Shown here: positions 1-9,083 of the stretch, one piece after another | Position numbering within the stretch: the stretch's first letter is position 1 | Layout: every line of letters begins with the position of its first letter | From: Alphaproteobacteria bacterium | GTDB lineage: Bacteria > Pseudomonadota > Alphaproteobacteria > SHVV01 | Reading direction: 5' to 3' | Length of the DNA stretch: 27,223 nt | Assembly: GCA_963583675.1 (NCBI GenBank) | Contig: CAUZWH010000001.1 | Coordinates: 1 to 27,223, forward strand | The notes under the pieces: model-generated | What the model saw: only the letters and a program-made list of their open reading frames with translations | The model's database searches: none | Told to the model about the DNA's origin: nothing | Translations under genes and position numbers: made by a program

Positions 1-739
1 GTGCCAAAGCAATTTCTGTCGTGAGATTTTTCAGATAACCGAGTCCCGCGATGGCGCGGCTGCCGTACCACGACGTCAACTCACCATCGATCAGTAGACA
101 GTGAGCTCCGGGATGGGTAGCGGCGAGCAATGCTGCATCGATCTCGATTGCCGGGTAGCGCTCTTCGTCAGCGTGGGCGACCGTATCCCAACCCGCCAGG
201 GCCAGGAAGCGCGACACGTAGGTATCACGCGATACCGTCATCCACGGATCCTTCCAGATGAGGTAGACGACATTGCGCCGCGGCCGGTTAAGGGAAGCGG
301 CTCGAAGATCTGCGAGTTCGTTGTTGAAACGCGTGCAGAGATTCTGGGCCTGGTCGATACGACCGAAGATGCCGCCAATCAGACGATACAAACCAAGATT
401 ATCCTCCGGTTCGATCGGATGCGTGACAATCAGATTCGGCACAATCGTAGCGACTTCCGCCGCCATCGCCTTGGTGTTCTCGTCGATGTTTAGAATGACA
501 TACGTCGCACCGAGCGACTCTAGTTTTTGGTTGCTGATTTTTTTGGTGCCGCCAACGCTGACGACGGCTTCGAGTTCGCGCGCTGGATGAACGCAGAAAT
601 GGGTGCGGCCAACGACGCAAGCGCCAAGTCCGAGGTCGAACAGCAGTTCAGTAATACTCGGCACGAGCGAGACGATACGCGGATTGGGGTCGGCTGGCAG
701 GTGAGCGGTGCCGACTGCGTCGATGAGATCGCTCGACAT
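1..739 (-). CDS. Helical-backbone metal receptor / BtuF-like cobalamin-binding family protein; incomplete (no stop before the window edge); probable internal deletion
   Basis: Manually translated because it is absent from the ORF track. ATG at 739-737 follows a GAGGTG SD-like site. Reads MSSDLIDAVGTAHLPADPNPRIVSLVPSITELLFDLGLGACVVGRTHFCVHP...VGGTKK...THPIEPEDNLGLYRLIGGIFG...YLIWKDPWMTVSRDTY...IDGELTSWYGSRAIAGL, open to base 2. Confidence 0.85.
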   Translation of the reverse strand, partial: MSSDLIDAVGTAHLPADPNPRIVSLVPSITELLFDLGLGACVVGRTHFCVHPARELEAVVSVGGTKKISNQKLESLGATYVILNIDENTKAMAAEVATIVPNLIVTHPIEPEDNLGLYRLIGGIFGRIDQAQNLCTRFNNELADLRAASLNRPRRNVVYLIWKDPWMTVSRDTYVSRFLALAGWDTVAHADEERYPAIEIDAALLAATHPGAHCLLIDGELTSWYGSRAIAGLGYLKNLTTEIALA

Positions 740-786
740 TTTGAGAAACTCACCTCAGGCATGTAAGGAAACGAGTCTGGTATCCG

Positions 787-2247
787 CTAGTCGGTAAGTT
801 TCCTCTTCAGCAGTTCATTGACAACCTGAGGATTGGCTTTTCCCTGGCTCTCTTTCATCACCTGGCCGACAAAAAACCCAAACAATTTGTCTTTGCCCGA
901 TTTGTACTCAGCGACTTTGTCCTGATTTTCGGCTAGCACAGTACCAACCAACGCTTCGATCTCGCCGCTGTCGGTGACCTGTTTGAGTCCCTGCTCTTCG
1001 ACGATGGTGGCAGCACTACGGCCGGTCGAGAACATTTCTTCGAACACATCTTTGGCGATACGGCCCGATAGAGTGCCGTCAGCCAGCAGGTCGAGCAATC
1101 CGCTCAAATCTTGTGCCGATACCGGCGATTCCGCGATTGGCATAACCGCCTTGTTGAGGGCGCCATAGAGCTCACCCATCACCCAGTTGGCGGCGAGCTT
1201 GGCTTCGTGTCCCGCGGCGACCGTCTCGAAGTAATCGGCTGTCTCTTTTTCGGCGACCAGCACCGCGGCGTCGTAGGCGGATAGACCGAGTTCATCGGCA
1301 TAGCGCTGCTTCTTAATGTCGGGCAGTTCGGGCAGCGTCGCCCGCAATTCATCAATATAAGCCTCGGTGAGTTCAAGCGGGAGCAGATCAGGATCGGGAA
1401 AATAGCGGTAGTCGTGCGCTTCCTCTTTAGAGCGCATCGGTCGCGTAACCCCGCGATCCGAATCGAACAAGCGGGTTTGCTGCTCAACCGTGCCGCCCTC
1501 TTCGATTAGGCCTACCTGGCGCCGCGCTTCGTAGTGGATCGACTGCTCAACGAACCGCACTGAGTTCAAATTCTTGATTTCGCATCGGGTACCGTAGGGT
1601 TCACCGGTTTTGCGCACCGACACGTTGACGTCGGCCCGCATGCTCCCCTGCTCCATGTTGCCATCACAACTGCCGAGGTAGCGAAGGATTGCGCGCAGTT
1701 TGCGCAGATAAAGTCCGGCTTCCTCGGCCGAGCGCAAATCGGGCTCCGAGACGATTTCCATCAATCCGATGCCGGCCCGGTTGAGGTCGACATAAGTGTT
1801 TTTCGGATGTTGGTCGTGCAGGCTCTTGCCTGCATCCTGCTCAAGATGCAGGCGCGTGATACCGATTTCCCGCGACGATCCGTCCGGCATATAGAGGTAG
1901 AGCTTGCCCGCGCCCACCACCGGCTGAGTGTATTGCGAGATTTGGTAGCCCGCTGGCAGATCCGGATAAAAATAGTTCTTTCGGTCGAACACCGAATATC
2001 GATTGATGGTGGCGTTGAGTCCGAGACCGGTACGCACGGCCTGCCTGATACAGACCTCGTTTATTACCGGCAGCATCCCTGGCATCGCCGCATCGACCAA
2101 GCTTACCTGGGAGTTTGGTTTGGCGCCAAAGGCGGTCGCGGCGCCGGAAAACAATTTGGCATTCGAGGTTACCTGGGCGTGAACCTCAAGGCCGATCACC
2201 ACCTCCCAATCGCCGGTTGTACCGGTGATGATCATTCCTGCCGCCAT
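787..2247 (-). CDS. gatB: Asp-tRNA(Asn)/Glu-tRNA(Gln) amidotransferase subunit B
   Basis: Motifs [48 protein letters not shown]. Start moved from 2265 to the ATG at 2247, which overlaps the gatA TGA (TGATG coupling). Confidence 0.98.
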   Translation of the reverse strand: MAAGMIITGTTGDWEVVIGLEVHAQVTSNAKLFSGAATAFGAKPNSQVSLVDAAMPGMLPVINEVCIRQAVRTGLGLNATINRYSVFDRKNYFYPDLPAGYQISQYTQPVVGAGKLYLYMPDGSSREIGITRLHLEQDAGKSLHDQHPKNTYVDLNRAGIGLMEIVSEPDLRSAEEAGLYLRKLRAILRYLGSCDGNMEQGSMRADVNVSVRKTGEPYGTRCEIKNLNSVRFVEQSIHYEARRQVGLIEEGGTVEQQTRLFDSDRGVTRPMRSKEEAHDYRYFPDPDLLPLELTEAYIDELRATLPELPDIKKQRYADELGLSAYDAAVLVAEKETADYFETVAAGHEAKLAANWVMGELYGALNKAVMPIAESPVSAQDLSGLLDLLADGTLSGRIAKDVFEEMFSTGRSAATIVEEQGLKQVTDSGEIEALVGTVLAENQDKVAEYKSGKDKLFGFFVGQVMKESQGKANPQVVNELLKRKLTD

Positions 2248-3731
2248 CAATCGACCCGCCACCACGCTTCAGGCTCGGCAGTGACCGACGAGGCGCTTTC
2301 AAGAACCTGGCCGACCCGTAGCACCGTCTCTTCGTCAAAAGTGCGGCCCACGATCTGCAGACCAAGCGGCAAGCCCGCGTCGGTGAGGCCCGCCGGAATG
2401 GTAGTCGCGGGCAGGCCGGCCAAGCTAGCCGGCACGGCGAACAGATCATTGAGGTACATAGCGATGGGATCGCCGGCCAACTCGCCATGGGCGAAAGCCG
2501 CAAACGGCGCGGTCGGCGTCAAAATAACGTCGACCGCATCGAAGGCGGTTTTGAAATCGGTGAACACGACGTTGCGAACCTGCTGGGCCTTCAAATAGTA
2601 AGCGTCGTAGTAACCGGCCGAGAGCACATAGGTGCCAATCATGATGCGCCGGCGAACCTCAGCGCCAAAGCCAGCGGCACGGGTTTTTTCGTATTGTGCC
2701 GTAATGTCGTCGGCTGGCACCCTTAGCCCGAAGCGAATGCCGTCATAGCGGGCAAGATTCGAAGACGCCTCGGCCGGCGCAATCACATGATAGGCAGGTA
2801 GTGCATACTTGGTGTGCGGCAACTTGATATCAACGATCTCAGCCCCGGCATCGCGCAGCCAGTTCGCACCCTGTTGCCAGAGCTGCTCGATCTCAGGTGG
2901 CATACCGTCCATTCGGTATTCGGCCGGGATGCCCACCCGTAAACCGCGTATATCGCCGGTAAGGGCTGCTTCATAGTCAGGGACCGGCAGATCTACCGAC
3001 GTCGAATCCTTGGGGTCGTGACCCGCCATCCCGCCCAGCATAATCGCGGCGTCACGTACGGTGCGCGTCATCGGCCCTGGTTGATCAAGGCTCGAGGCAA
3101 ATGCAACAACACCCCACCGCGAACACCGGCCATAGGTCGGCTTGAAGCCGACGATGCCGCAAAAGGACGCGGGTTGGCGGATCGAGCCACCGGTATCGGT
3201 TCCGGTCGCGCCAAGCGCTAGTTTGGCTGCGACGGCCACCGCGGATCCGCCGGACGAGCCGCCCGGCACCAGCGGCCGGTTGTCGCCTTCGCGGCGCCAC
3301 GGATTGGTCACCGGGCCAAAAAAACTGGTCTCATTGGACGAGCCCATCGCGAATTCGTCCATGTTGGTCTTGCCGAGCATGACCGCGCCGGCCGCCCATA
3401 AATTGGCGGTGACCGTGGACTCATAGGTCGGCGTAAAACCGTCAAGGATGTTGGAACAGGCGCGCGACAAGATACCCGCGGTACAAAAAAGATCCTTGAT
3501 CGCAAGCGGAATACCGTCGAGGGGGCCGCGTGACTGACCGCTGCTGCGTCGCTTGTCGGAAGCGGTCGCGTCGCTCCGCGCACGGTCCGGTGTTTCCAGG
3601 ACCAGTGCGTTAAGCGCCCGGGCGGATTCAACAGCGCGAATATGGGAGTCGGCGAGTTCCTTGGCGCTGAAATCACCGGCCTTGAGGCCGTCGCGCGCGG
3701 CAGCGATGGTGAGATCGGTAAGCTCGGCCAT
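2247..3731 (-). CDS. gatA: Glutamyl-tRNA amidotransferase subunit A
   Basis: Amidase signature [59 protein letters not shown]. Confidence 0.98.
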   Translation of the reverse strand: MAELTDLTIAAARDGLKAGDFSAKELADSHIRAVESARALNALVLETPDRARSDATASDKRRSSGQSRGPLDGIPLAIKDLFCTAGILSRACSNILDGFTPTYESTVTANLWAAGAVMLGKTNMDEFAMGSSNETSFFGPVTNPWRREGDNRPLVPGGSSGGSAVAVAAKLALGATGTDTGGSIRQPASFCGIVGFKPTYGRCSRWGVVAFASSLDQPGPMTRTVRDAAIMLGGMAGHDPKDSTSVDLPVPDYEAALTGDIRGLRVGIPAEYRMDGMPPEIEQLWQQGANWLRDAGAEIVDIKLPHTKYALPAYHVIAPAEASSNLARYDGIRFGLRVPADDITAQYEKTRAAGFGAEVRRRIMIGTYVLSAGYYDAYYLKAQQVRNVVFTDFKTAFDAVDVILTPTAPFAAFAHGELAGDPIAMYLNDLFAVPASLAGLPATTIPAGLTDAGLPLGLQIVGRTFDEETVLRVGQVLESASSVTAEPEAWWRVD

Positions 3732-3733
3732 GC

Positions 3734-4021
3734 CTACTCCAACACCTTGGGCACGACGAAACAGCCGTCGTCGGTCTCGGGTGCGTTTGCGAGGACATCA
3801 TCGCGCGCACCGCCATCGGTGACTTCATCCTTCCGCTTCGGCAGTTGGACATCCACAACGCGTGTCATCGGCAGCACGTTCTGGGTATCGACTTCGCTGA
3901 GCTGGTCGATCCACTCAAAAATGTTGGACAGTTCGCCGACATAGGTTTCGACCTCGTCGTCGGTCACTTCGATCCGGGCGAGACGAGCTATGCGTCGAAC
4001 AGTGGCGTGATCCAACGACAT
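3734..4021 (-). CDS. gatC: Amidotransferase subunit C
   Basis: 95 aa, [17 protein letters not shown]...FVVPKVLE; lies 2 nt upstream of gatA. Confidence 0.97.
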   Translation of the reverse strand: MSLDHATVRRIARLARIEVTDDEVETYVGELSNIFEWIDQLSEVDTQNVLPMTRVVDVQLPKRKDEVTDGGARDDVLANAPETDDGCFVVPKVLE

Positions 4022-4037
4022 GTGCCACTTTGCGGCC

Positions 4038-4051
4038 GGGACGGCCGTCCC
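4038..4051. repeat. Perfect 14-bp palindrome GGGACGGCCGTCCC in the gatC-ruvX intergenic region
   Basis: Read directly from the sequence; self-complementary. Confidence 0.9.
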
Positions 4052-4070
4052 ATTTGTAAGGAAAACCCTA

Positions 4071-4092
4071 GTCTTTCAGGCCCCTGAAAGAC
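4071..4092. repeat. Perfect inverted repeat GTCTTTCAGG-CC-CCTGAAAGAC (hairpin or operator)
   Basis: 10-bp arms with a 2-nt centre, read directly; function inferred. Confidence 0.85.
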
Positions 4093-4099
4093 GGCGCGG

Positions 4100-4128
4100 A
4101 AGCTACCACTGGCCATGTTGGTCTGCAA
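4100..4128 (-). promoter_or_regulatory. Putative sigma-70 promoter for gatCAB: TTGCAG-N17-TAGCTT
   Basis: Minus strand: -35 at 4128-4123, 17-nt spacer, -10 at 4105-4100. Fits the alphaproteobacterial TTG-N20-TAnnnT pattern and overlaps the ruvX start. Confidence 0.5.
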
Positions 4129-4597
4129 CCCTCAGGCACTCAAAACGGCGCTCGAAAGCGGCCAGCGTTTACTCGGACTCGATGTGGGCAGCAAAACTGT
4201 CGGCATCGCGCTTTCCGATCCGCGGCTGTCGATTGCGTCGCCACACAGCACCCTCAAACGCGGCAAGTTTTCGATCGTCACGGCGCAACTTAGCGAACTG
4301 GTTCGCAAAGAGGGGGTCGGCGGGATTGTGATCGGATTGCCGATCAACATGGATGGCAGCGAAGGGCGCGCTTGCCAATCCATCCGCCAGTTTCAGAAAA
4401 ACTTGGCCGAATCACTCGACTTGCCGATGGCGCTTTGGGACGAACGTCTTTCGACCGCGGCGGTAACCCGAACGATGATCGAGGCTGATCTCAGCCGCAA
4501 GCGCCAAAAGGAGGTGGTCGACAAAATGGCGGCCGCCTACATCCTGCAAGGTGCGCTCGACGCGATCAACGCCGCGTCATCTGTGGCTAGCGATTAG
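4115..4597 (+). CDS. ruvX: Holliday-junction-resolvase-like / pre-16S rRNA nuclease YqgF (RuvX)
   Basis: Motifs LGLDVGSKTVGIA, GLPINMDGSEG, WDERLST, VDKMAAAYILQG; usual position upstream of pyrB. Confidence 0.95.
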   Translation: MLVCNPQALKTALESGQRLLGLDVGSKTVGIALSDPRLSIASPHSTLKRGKFSIVTAQLSELVRKEGVGGIVIGLPINMDGSEGRACQSIRQFQKNLAESLDLPMALWDERLSTAAVTRTMIEADLSRKRQKEVVDKMAAAYILQGALDAINAASSVASD

Positions 4598-4652
4598 GCG
4601 ATTTCCCCCTTAACAAAGAGTCCGTTTTGGAGCACTTATCGCGCTAGTTCGC

Positions 4653-4682
4653 TTGTTACAAACCACCGAGCAGACGTATAGT
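4653..4682 (+). promoter_or_regulatory. Putative sigma-70 promoter for pyrB: TTGTTA-N18-TATAGT
   Basis: -35 at 4653-4658, -10 at 4677-4682; ends 9 nt before the ATG at 4692. Confidence 0.45.
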
Positions 4683-4691
4683 CGCGTATTA

Positions 4692-5696
4692 ATGACACCC
4701 CCGGATTCGATCCCTTTCTCGCAGCGCCATTTGCTCGGTATCGAGGGGTTGTCGGCTCTCGAAATTACCCAACTTCTGGACTTGGCCGACACCTATGTCG
4801 ACCTCAATCGCCAAGTCGACAAGAAGCAATCGGTGCTGCGAGGGCGCACGCAAATCAATGTTTTCTTCGAGTCATCGACTCGAACCCGGACGTCATTCGA
4901 ACTCGCCGGCAAGCGTCTCGGCGCCGATACGATCAACATGTCGATCGAGGGGTCCTCGATCAAAAAAGGCGAAACCCTGATCGACACGGCGATGACTCTT
5001 AACGCCATGCACCCTGACGTGTTGGTCGTACGGCACTCCGAGAGCGGGGCGGTGGAGCTATTGTCGCAAAAAGTCGATTGCGCGGTGATCAATGCCGGCG
5101 ACGGCAGCCACGAACATCCGACCCAGGCGCTGCTCGACGCCCTGACCATCCGGCGCCGGCGCAAGAAACTCACCGGCCTGCGTATCGCCATTTGCGGCGA
5201 TATCCTGCATAGCCGGGTTGCCCGATCGAACATTCACTTGCTGGCGGCAATGGGGGCGGAGATTCGCCTGATCGCACCCCCAACCTTGCTGCCACCTCAT
5301 GCTGACCGACTAGGTGTCACCGTCTTTACCAACATGAAAAAAGGATTGGCGGGGTGCGACATCATCATGATGCTCAGGCTCCAGACCGAGCGCATGCACG
5401 GCTCGTTTGTCCCTTCCATCCGCGAATATTTCCGTTTTTACGGCCTCGACAGAGAGAAACTAGCGCTTGCCAAAGATGACGCGCTGGTCATGCATCCGGG
5501 TCCAATGAACCGGGGTGTCGAAATTGATACCGAGATCGCCGACGATATCGTTCGAAGCGTGATCAGAGAGCAGGTTGAGATGGGTGTTGCGGTACGGATG
5601 GCGTGTTTGCACGCGCTCCTGCTACCGATCGCGAACCAACCCGAAACCGACAGATCGGCGATGCTCCTCGAAAAAATCCGCTCGGGCGCGCCGTGA
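4692..5696 (+). CDS. pyrB: Aspartate carbamoyltransferase catalytic subunit
   Basis: Motifs [40 protein letters not shown]. The ATG at 4692 is preferred over the track's TTG at 4653, which coincides with the -35 box. Confidence 0.97.
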   Translation: MTPPDSIPFSQRHLLGIEGLSALEITQLLDLADTYVDLNRQVDKKQSVLRGRTQINVFFESSTRTRTSFELAGKRLGADTINMSIEGSSIKKGETLIDTAMTLNAMHPDVLVVRHSESGAVELLSQKVDCAVINAGDGSHEHPTQALLDALTIRRRRKKLTGLRIAICGDILHSRVARSNIHLLAAMGAEIRLIAPPTLLPPHADRLGVTVFTNMKKGLAGCDIIMMLRLQTERMHGSFVPSIREYFRFYGLDREKLALAKDDALVMHPGPMNRGVEIDTEIADDIVRSVIREQVEMGVAVRMACLHALLLPIANQPETDRSAMLLEKIRSGAP

Positions 5697-7000
5697 AAGC
5701 GACGACCCAGCGTAAAGCCTTCATCAATGCTCGCCTGTTAGATCCCGCGCTCGGCATGGATCTGCAGGGCGCGATCCTCGTCGATGGGCACATCATTGCC
5801 GATTTGGGGCCAAGTTTATTTGCCGACGGCATCCCCGACGGCATCGAGGTCTTCGATTGCGCAGGTAAATGCCTGGCGCCTGGCCTCATCGATATGCGGG
5901 TTTTCATCGGCGAACCCGGTACTGAGCACAAGGAAACATTGGCGACGGCAAGCGAGGCTGCAGCTGTCGGTGGCGTCACCACGATCGCGATGATGCCGGA
6001 GACCGACCCTGTGATCGACAATGTCGCTTTAGTTGAGTTTGTCGCGCGCCAAGCCCGTGAGACCGCCCAAGTCAGCATCCTGCCGACCGCCGCGATCACC
6101 AAAGGGCTGGGCGGGCGCGAAATGACCGAAATGGGGCTCCTCCAATCGGCGGGCGCGGTTGCCCTTACCGATGGAACCCACACCATCGCCGATTCGTTGG
6201 TGATGCGGCGCGTGCTGAGTTATGCGTCAAACTTCGACATCCTCATCATGCACCACGCCGCCGAACCCAGCCTGACAAAAAACGGGTGCATGAATGAAGG
6301 CGAAGTTGCAACGCGTCTCGGGCTCTCGGGGATCCCCACCGCAGCCGAGACGATAATTGTTGAGCGCGATATCCGGCTCGTCGAGTTAACCGGCGCGCGC
6401 TACCACGTCTCCAGTATTTCGACGGCTACGGCGCTCGACGCGGTGCGCGCCGCAAAACAAAGGGGCCTACCGGTTACCTGCGGCGTTTCTCCAGTTCACT
6501 TCGCGCTCAATGAAACCTCGATCGGCAATTACCGTACGTTCGCAAAGCTCTCACCGCCGCTACGCAGTGAGGACGACCGACGCGCCGTGGTTGACGCGTT
6601 GATCGACGGCACGATTGACGTGATCGCCTCCTGCCACATGCCCCAGGATCAGGAGAGCAAGCGCCAGCCGTTTGAGCAGGCCGAAGACGGCGCGGTCGGC
6701 CTCGAAACTCTGCTGCCTATAGGGCTCGAACTTGTCCACAACGGACACCTCACTTTGTCTGAGTTCCTCACCAAGGTCACTACTAGGCCGGCCGAACTAC
6801 TTGGCTTGCGTCGCGGGAGTCTTAGATCAGGCACACCTGCCGATCTGACAATCTTCGATCCCGATGTTCCCTGGGTGATCGACGCGGGTGTGTTTCGCAG
6901 CAAATCGAAAAACACACCATTCGAAAATCATCCGGTCCAAGGCCGTGCGGTAATGACGATTGTCGGCGGCAACATCGTCCATCGTCTAGATGGTAACTGA
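5693..7000 (+). CDS. pyrC: Dihydroorotase-like protein, probably the inactive PyrC' structural subunit of ATCase
   Basis: Amidohydrolase fold ([28 protein letters not shown]). The GTG at 5693 overlaps the pyrB TGA (GTGA). Metal-binding HxH is replaced by RVF and the catalytic Asp position reads SCH. Confidence 0.9.
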   Translation: MKATTQRKAFINARLLDPALGMDLQGAILVDGHIIADLGPSLFADGIPDGIEVFDCAGKCLAPGLIDMRVFIGEPGTEHKETLATASEAAAVGGVTTIAMMPETDPVIDNVALVEFVARQARETAQVSILPTAAITKGLGGREMTEMGLLQSAGAVALTDGTHTIADSLVMRRVLSYASNFDILIMHHAAEPSLTKNGCMNEGEVATRLGLSGIPTAAETIIVERDIRLVELTGARYHVSSISTATALDAVRAAKQRGLPVTCGVSPVHFALNETSIGNYRTFAKLSPPLRSEDDRRAVVDALIDGTIDVIASCHMPQDQESKRQPFEQAEDGAVGLETLLPIGLELVHNGHLTLSEFLTKVTTRPAELLGLRRGSLRSGTPADLTIFDPDVPWVIDAGVFRSKSKNTPFENHPVQGRAVMTIVGGNIVHRLDGN

Positions 7001-7011
7001 CGAATCCTGCC

Positions 7012-7809
7012 GTGCCCGATCCGCTCGGTAGTTTCGCGTATACCTGGCCGTTCTATGCCGCCGCGTTGGCTGGCTATCTGATCGGGTCGATCCCCTTTGG
7101 CCTGATTCTAACCAAGCTCGGCGGCGCCGGCGACATCCGCTCAATCGGCTCCGGCAATATCGGCGCGACTAACGTTTTGCGCACGGGCCGCAAATGGTTG
7201 GCACTGGCAACCCTAGTACTAGATGGCGCCAAGGGTGCCGTGGTCGTCGTGATCGCCGACCTCTACTTCACCCAGGACTTCGCGGTCCTGGCTGGTGGGA
7301 GCGCGTTGCTGGGTCATTTGTTCCCGCTATGGCTCGGCCTGGGCAATTTCCGTGCCGTGGTTCAGATGCTCGCAACAATTATCGGACTGGTTGTTGCTTA
7401 TCTCCTCGTCGCCACCGGCGGATCGTGGCTGTTCGGGCTGGTTGGTGTCGCGATCGTCGCGGTGGCCACCTGGTTTTCCTGGGGTGGCAAGGGCGTCGCA
7501 ACCGGCCTCGGCATCTTGCTGGGCATGGCCTGGCCGGTTGGTCTGATTGCTTGCGTCACCTGGCTGCTGATCGCTGCATTGCTACGATTCTCGTCGCTTG
7601 CGGCACTGTGGGCATTTGTTCTTGCGCCGGTGGTCACATGGTATCTGGCCGATGCCACGGGGAGGCTAGCTGATTTCTATCAAACGGACCTACAACGTAT
7701 TGAATTTGCTGTGTTTATAGGATTTGTGATCGTTCTTCGCCACCGCGAGAACATTGCCCGCCTGGTGCGCGGGAAAGAAACCAAAATCGGTGGATCATCG
7801 GCGTCGTAG
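7012..7809 (+). CDS. plsY: Glycerol-3-phosphate acyltransferase PlsY with a ~48-aa hydrophobic insertion
   Basis: Motif 1 GSGNIGATNVLR, LDGAKG, GHLFP, motif 2 GGKGVAT, motif 3 RHRENIARL; 265 aa. Confidence 0.95.
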   Translation: MPDPLGSFAYTWPFYAAALAGYLIGSIPFGLILTKLGGAGDIRSIGSGNIGATNVLRTGRKWLALATLVLDGAKGAVVVVIADLYFTQDFAVLAGGSALLGHLFPLWLGLGNFRAVVQMLATIIGLVVAYLLVATGGSWLFGLVGVAIVAVATWFSWGGKGVATGLGILLGMAWPVGLIACVTWLLIAALLRFSSLAALWAFVLAPVVTWYLADATGRLADFYQTDLQRIEFAVFIGFVIVLRHRENIARLVRGKETKIGGSSAS

Positions 7810-7876
7810 CGTGTCGTGTCTGCCGCCAGGTCACTGGCGCAATTGACGACCCGCGATTGATCGGCCATCAAAGGCA

Positions 7877-9028
7877 ATGCCCTCGATAGAGCCGCCGGAT
7901 GACGACCGCGCCACGTGCGATTGGCTTAGGCTAATCCGAAGCAGCAATGTTGGGCCGATCGGTTTCTTTCAACTGCTCGGGCGGTTCGGGTCGGCGGCGC
8001 GGGCGATTGAGGAACTGCCGGCCCTGGCTGAGCGCGGCGGACGATCGGGCGGTAAGTCGCAAATAAAACTCTGTACTGAGCAAGACCCGCGACGCGAATT
8101 CAATGCCGCGCTCGATTTCGGTGCGCATTGGATCGCCCTCGGCAGTCCGGCTTATCCGGCGTCACTCGCCGCGATCGCGGATCCGCCGCCGCTTCTCGCC
8201 GTCAAGGGAGATCCTTCGCTCTTGTCGCGGCCGATCCTCGCAATCGTTGGTGCGCGAAACGCATCCGCATCGGGGCGGCAATTCACCCGGGGTATTGCGG
8301 CCGATCTCGGTTGCGCTGGATTTGTTATTGCCTCGGGCCTAGCCCGGGGCATCGATGGTGCCGCTCATACCGGCGCGATCGAGCACGGCACGATCGGGGT
8401 GATCGCCGGTGGCATTGATGTGGTGTACCCGCCCGAGCATCAAGAATTGCAGGGCCGTATCGGCGGGCGGGGCGCATTAGTGAGCGAAACACGATTTGGT
8501 ACCAAGCCTCAGGCGCGGCATTTTCCCCGTCGCAATCGCTTGGTTTCAGGCCTCGCGCGCGGCGTTCTGGTGGTCGAAGCAGCGCTCAAATCGGGTTCAT
8601 TGATTGCCGCTCGCCTCGCGGCCGAGCAGGGCCGCGATGTTTTCGCAGTGCCCGGATCACCGCGCGACCCCCGCGCGCGTGGCAGCAACGATCTCATTCG
8701 CCAGGGCGCAACGCTGGTCGAACACGCCAATGACATCTTGCGTGCATTGGAGTTTGGAGTGCCTGATTCGTCGGCGACAGTTGCGGCTCCGATCACAATC
8801 GATCAACCCGAGAAGGATGACGCGGACTCCTATGGCGAACCGGCCGAACTTGGATCGGGACGGACGACGATTAACGATTTACTAAGCCCAACGCCGGTAG
8901 AGGTTGACGAACTCGTTAGGCAGTCCCATTTGACTCCCTCGGCGGTTTTGACCATTTTGCTGGAGCTTGAGTTGGCGGGCCGTCTGGTACGGCATCCTGG
9001 AAATCGGGTTTCCATAAAGACCAATTAG
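7877..9028 (+). CDS. dprA: DNA-processing protein DprA/Smf
   Basis: Motifs AIVGARNAS, SGLARGIDGAAH, FPRRNRLVSGL, VVEAALKSGSL, FAVPGSP; C-terminal winged helix; usual plsY-dprA-topA order. Confidence 0.96.
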   Translation: MPSIEPPDDDRATCDWLRLIRSSNVGPIGFFQLLGRFGSAARAIEELPALAERGGRSGGKSQIKLCTEQDPRREFNAALDFGAHWIALGSPAYPASLAAIADPPPLLAVKGDPSLLSRPILAIVGARNASASGRQFTRGIAADLGCAGFVIASGLARGIDGAAHTGAIEHGTIGVIAGGIDVVYPPEHQELQGRIGGRGALVSETRFGTKPQARHFPRRNRLVSGLARGVLVVEAALKSGSLIAARLAAEQGRDVFAVPGSPRDPRARGSNDLIRQGATLVEHANDILRALEFGVPDSSATVAAPITIDQPEKDDADSYGEPAELGSGRTTINDLLSPTPVEVDELVRQSHLTPSAVLTILLELELAGRLVRHPGNRVSIKTN

Positions 9029-9083
9029 TTCCTAGCCTGGTCGGTTCCGCCAGTAGCGGTCCCACGGAGTAGTCTCACGCGTC

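Noticed and set aside
527-766. Plus-strand 79-aa ORF and other short ORFs at the left edge
   Set aside because: They overlap the recognisable minus-strand BtuF-like gene.
8600-8611. DprA SGSLIAA instead of the usual SGSLITA
   Set aside because: A single substitution in an otherwise intact ORF is too weak to call decay without an alignment.
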